From NCBI GenBank assembly GCA_965249275.1, contig CBDFLQ010000005.1:160001-224000 (forward strand): 64,000 bases of DNA. The letters run 5' to 3'. Below are positions 12,226 to 22,141 of the stretch, in pieces. Every line of letters starts with the position of its first letter. The stretch's first letter is position 1. The notes under the pieces were generated by a model. The model saw only the letters and a program-made list of their open reading frames with translations, did not search any database and was not told the origin of the DNA. This stretch comes from Dehalococcoidia bacterium. Its GTDB lineage: Bacteria > Chloroflexota > Dehalococcoidia > Plut-88900. Made by a program: the position numbers and the translations under genes.

Positions 12226-12654
12226 ATGCGAAAAAATTATTGGTGGCTGCCAAGATTGGTTGATTTCGACGTAACTAGTGAAGCAACTCTACAATACAAT
12301 TGCATTGCGTGGGCACTGGGCAATAACTCCTCGTGGTTTGATCCGACTTTAGACTATGCCTACTGGCCTGAATGCATACCGAACGATGTTACCGTAGATT
12401 CCATTGTGGAGCTATTTCGAAGTGAGGGATTTGAGCGGTGTAAGGATGGCAGCTTAGAGCAAGGGTATGAAAAAATCGCTATCTACGCCCTCGAATATGA
12501 AGTCACTCATGTGGCACGTCAACTAGTCGATGGAAAATGGACGAGCAAATTGGGCAAATACGAAGACATAGTTCATTCATCTCTTGAGGACTTAGAAGGA
12601 GACGGGTTCCATTCGTACGGACGATTGACAGCATTTATGATTCGCCCCCATTAG
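12226..12654 (+). CDS. Papain-like Cys-His domain protein (DUF7689-like)
   Basis: YNCIAWALG, THVARQ and WTSKLG motifs. Confidence 0.7.
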   Translation: MRKNYWWLPRLVDFDVTSEATLQYNCIAWALGNNSSWFDPTLDYAYWPECIPNDVTVDSIVELFRSEGFERCKDGSLEQGYEKIAIYALEYEVTHVARQLVDGKWTSKLGKYEDIVHSSLEDLEGDGFHSYGRLTAFMIRPH

Positions 12655-12999
12655 CCCACTTTGGATTTGAAACCCCCACTTTGTGAATTGCGGCGCAATG
12701 TTGACATAAGGTTATTGGATCTTTAGTATGCTAGTTACCCTAGGGACTACGGGATTACACCCGAGAATGGAGGGTCGGATGAAAAGGATTCATCTCCTGT
12801 TTAGCCGTCTCGAAATTGATTGTAGCGGCCCCGCCGGAGACACAGGTATGGGCGGCATGATGTTGGGGGCGTCTCCGGTGGGGAACCGGAAGTCCGTCTC
12901 GAGGCCCTAACCAGCAAGCTCCCCTTACGGGATGCTCCTCCGGTTTAGATCACCGGAACAGAAAAGCCAGAGACGGCCAGCAATAATTTTGGTATCAAT

Positions 13000-13029
13000 A
13001 GAGGCCCGGGTGCAAAAGCCCGGGCCTCT
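13000..13029. terminator. GC-rich hairpin, probable terminator
   Basis: 11-bp stem AGAGGCCCGGG / CCCGGGCCTCT between convergent transcription units. Confidence 0.65.
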
Positions 13030-13161
13030 TGATATTCCTGGCTTTTTCCTCTTGTAGGACCTCCGGTCGGAGGCGGTCTGTGACGACATGGACGACTCCC
13101 CAAACACTCCACCACTGTAGCGCAGGTGTTGGTTTTGATGTTGGTTGGTGTGCATGCGCGT

Positions 13162-13191
13162 TAGATTCCTCGCGGAGCCTCGGAATGACAG
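13162..13191 (-). repeat. REP-like repeat family A, reverse copy
   Basis: Reverse complement CTGTCATTCCGAGGCTCCGCGAGGAATCTA. Confidence 0.85.
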
Positions 13192-13323
13192 GGGAGAAGG
13201 GTCTGGTCGAGGGAGAGGGGAGAGGACGCCCCCCGCTCATACTTCGAGAGCCTCCCGCCCCAGGCGGCTCTTCGACATCACAAGCGGCCACACCCCATCC
13301 GACCCAGGAAATGCGAGGTATCT

Positions 13324-13599
13324 CTATGCTTTTGAGAGCTCTTCCAGGAGCTCAAAAATCCTCGGGGCGGAGTCACGGGCCTGGGCTTTAAGCTCTTTGA
13401 GGTCTTCGACGGAGACCATCATCGGGCCTCTGCCGAAGCGGGGGCCGTGGTAGTAGCAGAAGCGTAGGGACTCCTCGCCGTCTTCGTAGCGGAGGAGCTG
13501 GATGGTCGGTTCCCAGTGGGGGCGCATCACGCTCACCTCTTCCACCACCTGTCCACCACCCCAGGGGAAGCTGAACGGTCTTGGTAGCTGTCTGTCCAC
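13324..13599 (-). CDS. Conserved hypothetical protein downstream of ruvA
   Basis: 91-aa ORF 12 bp after the ruvA stop, with GGAG RBS and protein-like composition (EPTIQLLRY..G..SLRFCYY). Confidence 0.75.
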   Translation of the reverse strand: MDRQLPRPFSFPWGGGQVVEEVSVMRPHWEPTIQLLRYEDGEESLRFCYYHGPRFGRGPMMVSVEDLKELKAQARDSAPRIFELLEELSKA

Positions 13600-13611
13600 G
13601 GCGTTGCGCTC

Positions 13612-14193
13612 CTACCCGGAGCCTAATCCCTGGAGCACCAGCATGATCTTCTCTTCCAGGGGGGTGGCGGGGTCTATGTTCATGCCCGACAGCGCCGCAC
13701 GGGCCTCGGCCGGCGCGTAGCCCAGGGCCGAGAGGGCTGCTACAATTTCGTCGAGGTCGGGCCTCGGCGATACGGTTGCCTCTCCCCACTCCCGCTCCAG
13801 CTTACCCTTCAATTCGAGAATCAGCCGACCCGCTGTCTTTTTCCCCAGCCCGTTGACCCGCGTTAGAGAGCCCGTGTCCTCTGCGCCTATTGCCCCGGCC
13901 AACTCTCGAGGCGACATGGTTGATAGGATGCTTAGCGCGAGTCTCGGGCCCACCCCAGACACCCCGATCAGCATGACGAACAGATCCCGCTCCTCCAGCG
14001 AGCCGAACCCGTACAGCGACAGGACCTCTTCCCGGATGTAAAGGTAGGTGTGCAGCCGCACGGACCCGCCGACTGGCCCCACCGTCCCGATGGTCGAAGT
14101 CGGGGCGAAGACCTCCAGGCTCATGGGCCCGATGTCCACGGTGAGGGAATCGTCGGATATCGCTTCCAGGGTGCCGCGCAGGCCGGTAATCAC
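13612..14193 (-). CDS. ruvA: Holliday junction branch migration protein RuvA
   Basis: MITGLRGTL, LYGF...EER.LF, VSGVGPRLAL, GLGKKTAGRLILELKGK and ALSALGY motifs. Confidence 0.97.
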   Translation of the reverse strand: MITGLRGTLEAISDDSLTVDIGPMSLEVFAPTSTIGTVGPVGGSVRLHTYLYIREEVLSLYGFGSLEERDLFVMLIGVSGVGPRLALSILSTMSPRELAGAIGAEDTGSLTRVNGLGKKTAGRLILELKGKLEREWGEATVSPRPDLDEIVAALSALGYAPAEARAALSGMNIDPATPLEEKIMLVLQGLGSG

Positions 14194-14197
14194 AGTC

Positions 14198-14695
14198 CTA
14201 CCCCTGCGCGCTCTCGGCGATCAGCCGTGCTCGGGCGCTTTGCTGGATATGGCACAGGGCCACGGCCACGGCGTCGGAGGCGTCCAGGGAGTCGGGGTAC
14301 GCGTCCAGGTCCAGCTGGAGGCATACCATCTCCCGCACCTGCTCCTTGTCGCTGCCTCCGTGTCCCGTGACGGCCATCTTCACCTGCCTGGGGCTGTATT
14401 GAGAAACTCCGGATCCAGCCTCGGCGGCCGCCAGAAGGGCAACCGCGTTGGCCTGCCCTATAAGCATCGCCGAGCGGACGCTCTTGTAAACGAAGGGCTC
14501 TTCCACCGCCACCTCATCCGGCGAGTACTGCTCGATGAGCTCCCGAAGCCCGTTGTACAGCTTGTGTAGGCGTTCTGGGATTGGCCGGGAGGATGGGGCT
14601 TTCAGCACACCGCATGAGACCAGGCTGGGACCCGCGTCGCTGTCGTCCAGGACTCCGTAGCCCATGTTAATGGTGCCCGGGTCGACGCCCAACAC
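14198..14695 (-). CDS. ruvC: Crossover junction endodeoxyribonuclease RuvC
   Basis: LGVDPG, VAVEEPF, VKMAVTGHG.SDKEQV and DASDAVAVALCH motifs. Confidence 0.97.
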   Translation of the reverse strand: MLGVDPGTINMGYGVLDDSDAGPSLVSCGVLKAPSSRPIPERLHKLYNGLRELIEQYSPDEVAVEEPFVYKSVRSAMLIGQANAVALLAAAEAGSGVSQYSPRQVKMAVTGHGGSDKEQVREMVCLQLDLDAYPDSLDASDAVAVALCHIQQSARARLIAESAQG

Positions 14696-14728
14696 TCTCA
14701 GCAGGACACCTCGCTTAATCTGTACCGG

Positions 14729-15487
14729 TCAGTTCTCTTCGCCGTACCTCTGCAGGGCCTCGGGTGGAAAGTCAGCGTTGCTGTAGACCCGCTGGATATC
14801 GTCCAAGGACTCCAGCTTGTCCATCAGCCGGAGGGCTTGAAGGGCGCCCTTTTCGTCCAGCTCGACCACGTTCTTGGGGATCAGGGACAGTTCCGCGGAG
14901 TCTATTGTGACGTTGTGCCCCTCCAGCTCCTTGCGGACCGACTCCAGGTTCTCGGGCCTGGTATAGACCTCGAGCACCGAGTCCTCGATCTTCACGTCGT
15001 CGGCCCCCGCGTCGATGGCCGTGAGGGCCACCTCCTCGGGGTCTTCCGATCCCGGTGCGATCATGATCACGCCCTTGGAGTCGAAGTTCCAGGCAACGGA
15101 GCCCGTCTCCCCCAGGTTGCCGCCGTTGCGGGTGAGGGTGCTGCGGACCTCCGCCACGGTGCGGTTCTTGTTGTCCGTGACGGCCTGGAGCATCAGGGCC
15201 GCGCCGCCGGGGCCGTAACCTTCGTAGGTCACTTCCAGCAGGTCGTCGGCGCTGCCCCCGTCACCCGAGGCCTTCTTTATTGCCCGGTCTATGTTGTCCA
15301 AGGGCATATTGTTGTCTCGTGCCCTCTGGACTGCTAGGCGCAGGCTGAAGTTGGTGTCTGCGTCGGGGCCCCCCCGGCGCACCGCAACGGATATCTCCCG
15401 GCCCAATTTGGTGAAGAGTTGACCGCGGCGGGCGTCGTTAGCGCCCTTCTGCCTTTTGATGGTGGACCATTTGGAGTGTCCCGACAT
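14729..15487 (-). CDS. yebC: YebC/PmpR family protein
   Basis: MSGHSKWSTIKRQK, YEGYGPGG and TDNKNRT motifs. Confidence 0.96.
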   Translation of the reverse strand: MSGHSKWSTIKRQKGANDARRGQLFTKLGREISVAVRRGGPDADTNFSLRLAVQRARDNNMPLDNIDRAIKKASGDGGSADDLLEVTYEGYGPGGAALMLQAVTDNKNRTVAEVRSTLTRNGGNLGETGSVAWNFDSKGVIMIAPGSEDPEEVALTAIDAGADDVKIEDSVLEVYTRPENLESVRKELEGHNVTIDSAELSLIPKNVVELDEKGALQALRLMDKLESLDDIQRVYSNADFPPEALQRYGEEN

Positions 15488-15566
15488 GGCGTTTAACTCC
15501 CTGAAGATTCCCGAAACCAACGACGCTTCGGAACTTTATTATAGCGGATGAGCGGGGAGGCGCGGC

Positions 15567-16085
15567 TCAGAGCAGCTCCGTATTCTCCACGACCATCCGA
15601 CCGGCTTCCAGGTCGATCTCAGCGACGAACTGCGGCAGGGCCGGGACCAGGCGCTCGCCGCCCGACCCCTTTATAAGATAGACGTCGTTACCGCCCGTTT
15701 CCAGCACGTCCGTCACCCGGCCAACCTCGTCGCCGTCCCTGGTGACGGCCAGCAGGCCGATTACCTGGAAACGGTAATACTCACCCTCGGGGAGGGGGTG
15801 GAGGTCGGACTCAGGGACATGCAGGGCGCAGTCACGCAGGTCGTCGGCTTGCTCCGGGGTGTCGACACCCTTCAGCTTCAGCAACCAGCGGCCCTTGTGG
15901 GGCTGGCTCGCCGAGATTTCGAAGGATTGGCCCTCGATGAGGATGGCGCAGCCCGGCGCGAAACGTTCTGGGAAGTCCGTTAAGGGATGGATGACGATCT
16001 GGCCCCTCAGTCCGAAGGGCTTAATGACACGGCCGACCGTAATTAGGCCGGGGGATTCTTGTTCAGGTTGGGACTCGGGTTCCAT
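15567..16085 (-). CDS. rimM: Ribosome maturation factor RimM
   Basis: VGRVIKPFGLRG, LPEGEYY and ETGGNDVY motifs, in rpsP-khpA-rimM synteny. Confidence 0.95.
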   Translation of the reverse strand: MEPESQPEQESPGLITVGRVIKPFGLRGQIVIHPLTDFPERFAPGCAILIEGQSFEISASQPHKGRWLLKLKGVDTPEQADDLRDCALHVPESDLHPLPEGEYYRFQVIGLLAVTRDGDEVGRVTDVLETGGNDVYLIKGSGGERLVPALPQFVAEIDLEAGRMVVENTELL

Positions 16086-16112
16086 GGTGCAGGAAGCCCG
16101 TGAGCGGAGCTG

Positions 16113-16340
16113 CTATACGATCTCGAGGACTGCCCTAACTCCGCGCTTGGCTGCGCCAACGCGGAGCAGAGTTCTCATCGCCTGGGCAACCCGGCCTTCT
16201 CGGCCGATAACCTTGCCCTTGTCGTCGGGGGCGACTTCCAACCGGATGATTATCCGGTCGTCCTCTTCCTCCTCGGTCACCACCACGTCGTCCGGAGAGT
16301 CGGCGATGAACCGGGCGAGGTATTCGATCAGCTCTTTCAC
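16113..16340 (-). CDS. khpA: KH-domain RNA-binding protein KhpA
   Basis: [20 protein letters not shown], located between rpsP and rimM. Confidence 0.93.
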   Translation of the reverse strand: MKELIEYLARFIADSPDDVVVTEEEEDDRIIIRLEVAPDDKGKVIGREGRVAQAMRTLLRVGAAKRGVRAVLEIV

Positions 16341-16594
16341 CCTTCCTTCACCTTTTCCAAGGTGCCGGCCCTCTTCAGGAGCTTGGCGACGCTATCCGTG
16401 GGCTGTGCACCCTTCCTGAGCCAACCGATCGCCTTCTCTTCATCAATGGTGAGAGCAGGCGGGTCGGGGATGGGATCGTAGTGGCCGATGTTCTCGACGT
16501 ACCGGCCGTCCCTGGGGGAGCGGGAATCGGCGACGACAACCCTGTACTTGGGGTTCTGCTTGGACCCGACACGGCGAAGCCTGATTTTTAGCAT
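16337..16594 (-). CDS. rpsP: 30S ribosomal protein S16
   Basis: [24 protein letters not shown] and GAQPTDSV motifs. Confidence 0.99.
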   Translation of the reverse strand: MLKIRLRRVGSKQNPKYRVVVADSRSPRDGRYVENIGHYDPIPDPPALTIDEEKAIGWLRKGAQPTDSVAKLLKRAGTLEKVKEG

Positions 16595-16676
16595 TTATTG
16601 CTTTTTCCATACGTAATCGGAGCGCGCCTACACGGTGGAGGCGGCCCGAACGTTTTGTTTGGTAGAATTGCAGCGA

Positions 16677-16706
16677 ATTCTAGCTTTGCAAGGCTGTCAT
16701 TGTCAA
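16677..16706 (-). promoter_or_regulatory. Sigma70 promoter of the rpsP operon
   Basis: Minus strand TTGACA-N18-TAGAAT. Confidence 0.6.
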
Positions 16707-16710
16707 ACTA

Positions 16711-16864
16711 AGGAATGGCAGCGGCTCACGGTCGCGCAGGAACTCTCCCCTTGTCAACAACTATGGTAGTCCACCGGCCTCATCCCCGTCCTGAGACTAG
16801 CCGAGAAACGGTGCGTGACATCGCTGCGTTTCTTGAACGCGTTGGAGGGATTACTAATGCTTGA
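16711..16864 (+). pseudogene. hicA: Truncated, frameshifted hicA toxin remnant
   Basis: NGSGSR in one frame and HRPHPRPETSRETVRDIAAFLERVG in another, overlapping the hicB start. The N-terminus is missing. Confidence 0.65.
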
Positions 16865-17195
16865 ATACAAGGGCTACGTAGGAGAAGTCGTATTCGATGA
16901 CGAGGCGGGGGTTCTACATGCCAGGGTAATCAACAGCGGCTCCTATCCGATAGCCAATGCCGAGGCCCCCGACGCGGAGGAGATCAGGCGGGAGTTCCGA
17001 ATCTCCATTGACGAGTACCTCGCTTCTTGCAAAGAGTTGGGTATTGAGGCGGTCAGACCCTTTTCAGGAGATCTTCGTCTCCGTCTGGGCTCTGAGCTTC
17101 ACCGACGGGCTACGATGGCAGCAATGGAAGCCGGTGTGAGCCTTAACGCCTGGATTAGACAGGCCGTCGAGACTGCAACCAAGATAAGAAACTAG
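16857..17195 (+). CDS. hicB: HicB family antitoxin
   Basis: MLEYKGYVG.V.FD, IDEYL..C...G and PFSG...LRL..ELHR......A...GVSLN.WI motifs. Confidence 0.92.
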   Translation: MLEYKGYVGEVVFDDEAGVLHARVINSGSYPIANAEAPDAEEIRREFRISIDEYLASCKELGIEAVRPFSGDLRLRLGSELHRRATMAAMEAGVSLNAWIRQAVETATKIRN

Positions 17196-17349
17196 CGAAG
17201 GACTTGAGGCAGGATATGGAGGCCGAGGCTCGGGCTGCTCTTGACCAGGGGCTTTCCCCTTGTCAACGTGAAAGGTGTTAGTTAGAGTAGCGAGACTTAA
17301 GGCCCGATTTGTAAAGAGGCTCCAGGTCGGAGCCTGGGAGGTTGCTCAG

Positions 17350-17745
17350 TTGTCCATTACACTTTCAGAAGCCGAAACTATCCTCGCCGCCGCAAAGGCG
17401 GAGGCCCGCAGCATGGGCGTGACCATCAGCGCGACTGTAGTGGACGCGAGGGGAGACTTCAAAGCCGGGTTCCGCATGGACGGCGTCGGGTGGTTTACCG
17501 CCGACGTCTGCAGGGGCAAGGCTTTCGCCTCGGCCAACTTTGGCGTCCCCACCACCGACTTGGCGGAGCTGGCCGGTAACCCGGTATTTCAGAGCCTGGT
17601 AGCCATGCAGGGGGGTCGCATGGTCCTTGGTAAGGGCGCAGTGCCCATCAAGAAGGGCGATGACGTGATCGGGGCCATAGGCGTGAGCGGCGGTACGGCC
17701 CAGGAAGACGAAGACATCGCCATTGTCGGGGCCCGGGCTATTTAG
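17350..17745 (+). CDS. GlcG/HbpS family heme-binding protein
   Basis: VVDARG, RMDG, GKAFAS and IGAIGVSGGT..ED..IA motifs. TTG start after GGGAGG. Confidence 0.88.
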   Translation: MSITLSEAETILAAAKAEARSMGVTISATVVDARGDFKAGFRMDGVGWFTADVCRGKAFASANFGVPTTDLAELAGNPVFQSLVAMQGGRMVLGKGAVPIKKGDDVIGAIGVSGGTAQEDEDIAIVGARAI

Positions 17746-17803
17746 CGCCCGCACATATTAAGAAGACCCGCAAATATCGACCCAAGAACGGGAGCATACA
17801 GAC

Positions 17804-18958
<1,155 letters not shown>

Positions 18959-18981
18959 TCCACCAATTTAGAACTCGCGAT

Positions 18982-19017
18982 AAGGCTCGGCCCTTCTAGA
19001 GGCCGGGCCTTTCCTTT
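18982..19017 (+). terminator. Intrinsic terminator after the malic enzyme gene
   Basis: Stem AAGGCTCGGCC / GGCCGGGCCTT (one G-U pair) followed by a T-rich tail. Confidence 0.55.
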
Positions 19018-19148
19018 AGTGGAAGCGTCGTCCTGCTCCCGCGCCATAGGTAAATCCTGAAAGAGCAACCCGCGGGCTCTCGGAAGCGTACTTTTTTGGA
19101 CGGCGAACCCCCTCCCCGAAAGCCCCCAAAACTCGTCCCGCAACCCCC

Positions 19149-19241
19149 TTGACATGCTTTGTGAAAGATATTACAGTCTCATATATACGTCACTATAAGA
19201 CATACATATATCTTTATAAATACGCAAGCATATAAATGTAT
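19149..19241 (+). promoter_or_regulatory. Sigma70 promoter with downstream AT-rich direct repeats
   Basis: TTGACA(19149)-N17-TACAGT(19172). CATATA occurs at 19180, 19205 and 19229. Confidence 0.7.
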
Positions 19242-19286
19242 GCACTGCAACGTACTGCCAGGCTCGTATGTGGCGGATGGGATGCT

Positions 19287-20012
19287 ATGAACTTGAGATC
19301 ATCGAACGGCGTTCAGGACCTGGAACGAGATCCCCTTACCGGGCTCTATACACGCGCCTCGGCCAACCGCATCGTCAAGATCGGCATCGAGGAAGCGCAA
19401 GGCGACGAGGGTGTCATTTCGGTGGCCCTCCTCGACATCGACCGCTTCGAGCACTTCGATGAAGAGCACGGGCTCTCTGCAGGAGACGCCCTCTTAAAGT
19501 CGGTCTCCGAAATCATTCTCGCCGCCGAGACGGGCGCCGACGCCATATCCCGATACAGCCGGGACACCTTCCTCCTCGTCTTCCCCGGCAGGGGCCCCGA
19601 GGATGCCCTCCTCGCAGCCGAGAAAGTCCGCTCCTTCTTTGACACCAACCCCCTTATTCTCGGCCATCAGGATGAACCCCTGGAGGTCAAGGTCTCCCTG
19701 AGCAGCGGCGTCGCATCCTACCCCAACCAGGCCCACGACGACCGGGACCTGCTCCGCAAGGCCCAGGGCGCGCTCGTCCGTGCCAAGGAGACGGGCCGGG
19801 GGCGCACCAATCTGTGGCAGCGCTCCAAGGAGACCCGCATGGCCCTGAAGACCAGCTACTACGCCCAGACCCAGCTCGACCAGCTTTCCGAGCTGGCCGA
19901 CGAACTGTCCAGAAGCGAGGCGTCGCTCCTCCGGGAGGCCATGGACGACCTGCTCTGGAAGTTCTACAGCCTTCGAGTCCGGCCCCCCGAAGAACCGAGG
20001 GGCAAGAAGTAG
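19287..20012 (+). CDS. Degenerate GGDEF domain fused to a C-terminal ribbon-helix-helix domain
   Basis: DPLTGL, LLDIDRF, HG..AGD.LL and AK..GR motifs, with the signature reading RYSRDTF. C-terminus KTSYY...QLDQL..LA....RSEASLLREAMDDLL.K is RHH-like. Alternative start at 19236. Confidence 0.8.
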   Translation: MNLRSSNGVQDLERDPLTGLYTRASANRIVKIGIEEAQGDEGVISVALLDIDRFEHFDEEHGLSAGDALLKSVSEIILAAETGADAISRYSRDTFLLVFPGRGPEDALLAAEKVRSFFDTNPLILGHQDEPLEVKVSLSSGVASYPNQAHDDRDLLRKAQGALVRAKETGRGRTNLWQRSKETRMALKTSYYAQTQLDQLSELADELSRSEASLLREAMDDLLWKFYSLRVRPPEEPRGKK

Positions 20013-20055
20013 GCTGTTCCAAACCTGAGATCAAACATTTTAGGAGGTTTCAAAA

Positions 20056-21039
20056 TTGGAAAAGTTCGTGAAAGCCATGCCCAAGCGGCGCCTTACCGCT
20101 GTGCTGCTTGCAAGCCTGTTGCTTGTGGCAGCGGCGGCGGCGTGTGGTGGTAAAGACGCCACTTCGTCCACCGGGGACGCCACGACGGAAGAGCTGAGCG
20201 GCACAATCGAAATCGACGGCTCCAGCACAGTCTTCCCCGTGACTGCGGCGGTGGCGGAAGAGTTCCGCAAAGAGCACGGCGACGTGAACATCAACGTCGG
20301 ATTCTCCGGGACTGGCGGCGGCTTCAAGCGCTTCACCGCAGGCGAAACGGTGATCAGTGACGCCTCAAGGCCCATCAAGGAGTCGGAGATTGAGGCGGCA
20401 GATGAAAACGGCATCGAGTACATCGAGCTCAGGATCGGCACCGACGGTATTTCCGTCATGGTCAGCCTCCAGAACGACTTCATCGACTGCCTGTCCATCG
20501 ACCAGTTGCACGAAATCTGGAAGCCCGAGAGCACGGTCTTCAAGTGGACCGACATCAACCCCGACTGGCCGGACAACGACTTCAACCTCTACGGCCCGGG
20601 CACTGACTCCGGCACATTCGACTATTTCACCGAAGAGGTCAACGGTGAGGCCAAGGTCAGCAGGGCAGACTACACGGCCAGCGAGGACGACAACGTCCTA
20701 GTGCGCGGCATTGCAGGCGACCGCAACGCCCTGGGTTACTTCGGCTACGCTTACTACGCAGAGAACGCAGACAAGCTGAAGGTCATTGGCGTCGACAGCG
20801 GCGACGGTTGCGTACTCCCCTCTGCCGAGACAATCGAGGATGGCCGCTACTCACCGCTCTCCCGGCCCCTGTTCATCTACGTGTCGGTTGAAGAACTGAA
20901 GACCAGTCCGGAGGTCGCCACCTTCGTCGACTTCTTCCTGGACAACGCCCCGACCTTGGTCAGGGAAGTCGGCTACATCCCCGAAGCGCCCTCCGTCTAC
21001 GACGAGGGCCGGGCACAGGTGGCTGCAGCCAAACAGTAA
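20056..21039 (+). CDS. pstS: Phosphate ABC transporter substrate-binding lipoprotein
   Basis: Lipobox AAAC plus IDGSSTVFP, SGTGGGFKRF, DSGTFDYF and LSRPLFIY motifs. RBS AGGAGG before TTG. Confidence 0.96.
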   Translation: MEKFVKAMPKRRLTAVLLASLLLVAAAAACGGKDATSSTGDATTEELSGTIEIDGSSTVFPVTAAVAEEFRKEHGDVNINVGFSGTGGGFKRFTAGETVISDASRPIKESEIEAADENGIEYIELRIGTDGISVMVSLQNDFIDCLSIDQLHEIWKPESTVFKWTDINPDWPDNDFNLYGPGTDSGTFDYFTEEVNGEAKVSRADYTASEDDNVLVRGIAGDRNALGYFGYAYYAENADKLKVIGVDSGDGCVLPSAETIEDGRYSPLSRPLFIYVSVEELKTSPEVATFVDFFLDNAPTLVREVGYIPEAPSVYDEGRAQVAAAKQ

Positions 21040-21172
21040 GCCATAAACAAGACAACAACCTAATTTCCCTCCGTCTTTAAGGGGAGTGGCGGCGCCCAAA
21101 CGCGCCGGGGTGGGACAGCCGCTCCCCTCATTCTTGCCAAACAATTAGGGAAAGGCCCACAAAGCTCTTATA

Positions 21173-22141
21173 ATGAAGCACTCGATCGTTGAGACAGGGG
21201 AGCCCACGATCCCTTCAAAGACAGAGACCCGGGCCCCTATGCGGGTCAAAGATAAGCGGCGCCGGTGGCGGGACCTGGAAGGCAACGCCGTCCGGTATAT
21301 TTTCTTCCTCTGCGCTCTGGTATCGATTGTCACCACGGCCGGCATAGTCGTCAGTCTGCTTAGTCAGGCCGTGGGATTCTTCCAGGAAGTCCCATTCTGG
21401 GAGTTCTTCTTCGGCACTCGCTGGACTCCGATCCTCAAACCCAACTCTTACGGTGTCCTACCATTGGTCGGGGGCACGTTGTTGGTTGCAGGGTTGGCCC
21501 TTGCGGTGGCCATCCCAGTCGGCCTCGCCATCGCAATCTTCCTGGCCGAATACGCCCCCGACAAATTGAGAAGGACCATCAAGCCCGCCCTCGAGGTCCT
21601 CGCCGGGATTCCCACTGTGGTCTACGGCTATTTTGCCCTCACCTGGGTCTCTCCCCAGCTGCAGAACATATTCCCCGACATGCTCATCTTCAACGCCCTA
21701 AGCGCGGGCGTAGTCATGGGCATCATGGTAATCCCCATGGTCTCGTCCCTGAGCGAAGACGCCATGCTCGCCGTGCCCCGTTCTCTTAGGGAGGGGGCCT
21801 ATGCCCTGGGCGCGACGAAACTGGAAGTCTCTCTCAAGGTCGTGGTTCCGGCGGCGCTGTCGGGAATCGTGGCGGCCTTCATACTCGGGCTCTCCCGGGC
21901 CATTGGTGAGACGATGCTGGTGACTATCGCCGCAGGAGCGACTCCCAACCTCACGTGGAACCCTACTGAGAGCATCCAGGCCATGACCGCCTACATCGTG
22001 CAGCTGGCCCTCGGTGAAGCCCCCCACGGCTCAATCGAATACCAGACCATCTTCGCTGTGGCGATACTACTCTTCGTGCTCACGCTGTCGGCCAATATGC
22101 TGGGCCACTGGTTTGTCCGCAGGTGGCAGGAGAAGTATTGA
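21173..22141 (+). CDS. pstC: Phosphate ABC transporter permease PstC
   Basis: [21 protein letters not shown] and SRAIGETM motifs. Confidence 0.96.
   Translation: MKHSIVETGEPTIPSKTETRAPMRVKDKRRRWRDLEGNAVRYIFFLCALVSIVTTAGIVVSLLSQAVGFFQEVPFWEFFFGTRWTPILKPNSYGVLPLVGGTLLVAGLALAVAIPVGLAIAIFLAEYAPDKLRRTIKPALEVLAGIPTVVYGYFALTWVSPQLQNIFPDMLIFNALSAGVVMGIMVIPMVSSLSEDAMLAVPRSLREGAYALGATKLEVSLKVVVPAALSGIVAAFILGLSRAIGETMLVTIAAGATPNLTWNPTESIQAMTAYIVQLALGEAPHGSIEYQTIFAVAILLFVLTLSANMLGHWFVRRWQEKY

Noticed and set aside
12965-13030. AAAAGCCCGGG resembling the 3' end of a guanidine-I (ykkC) riboswitch
   Set aside because: It is one arm of a perfect hairpin. The other conserved riboswitch elements are missing and no suitable gene lies downstream.
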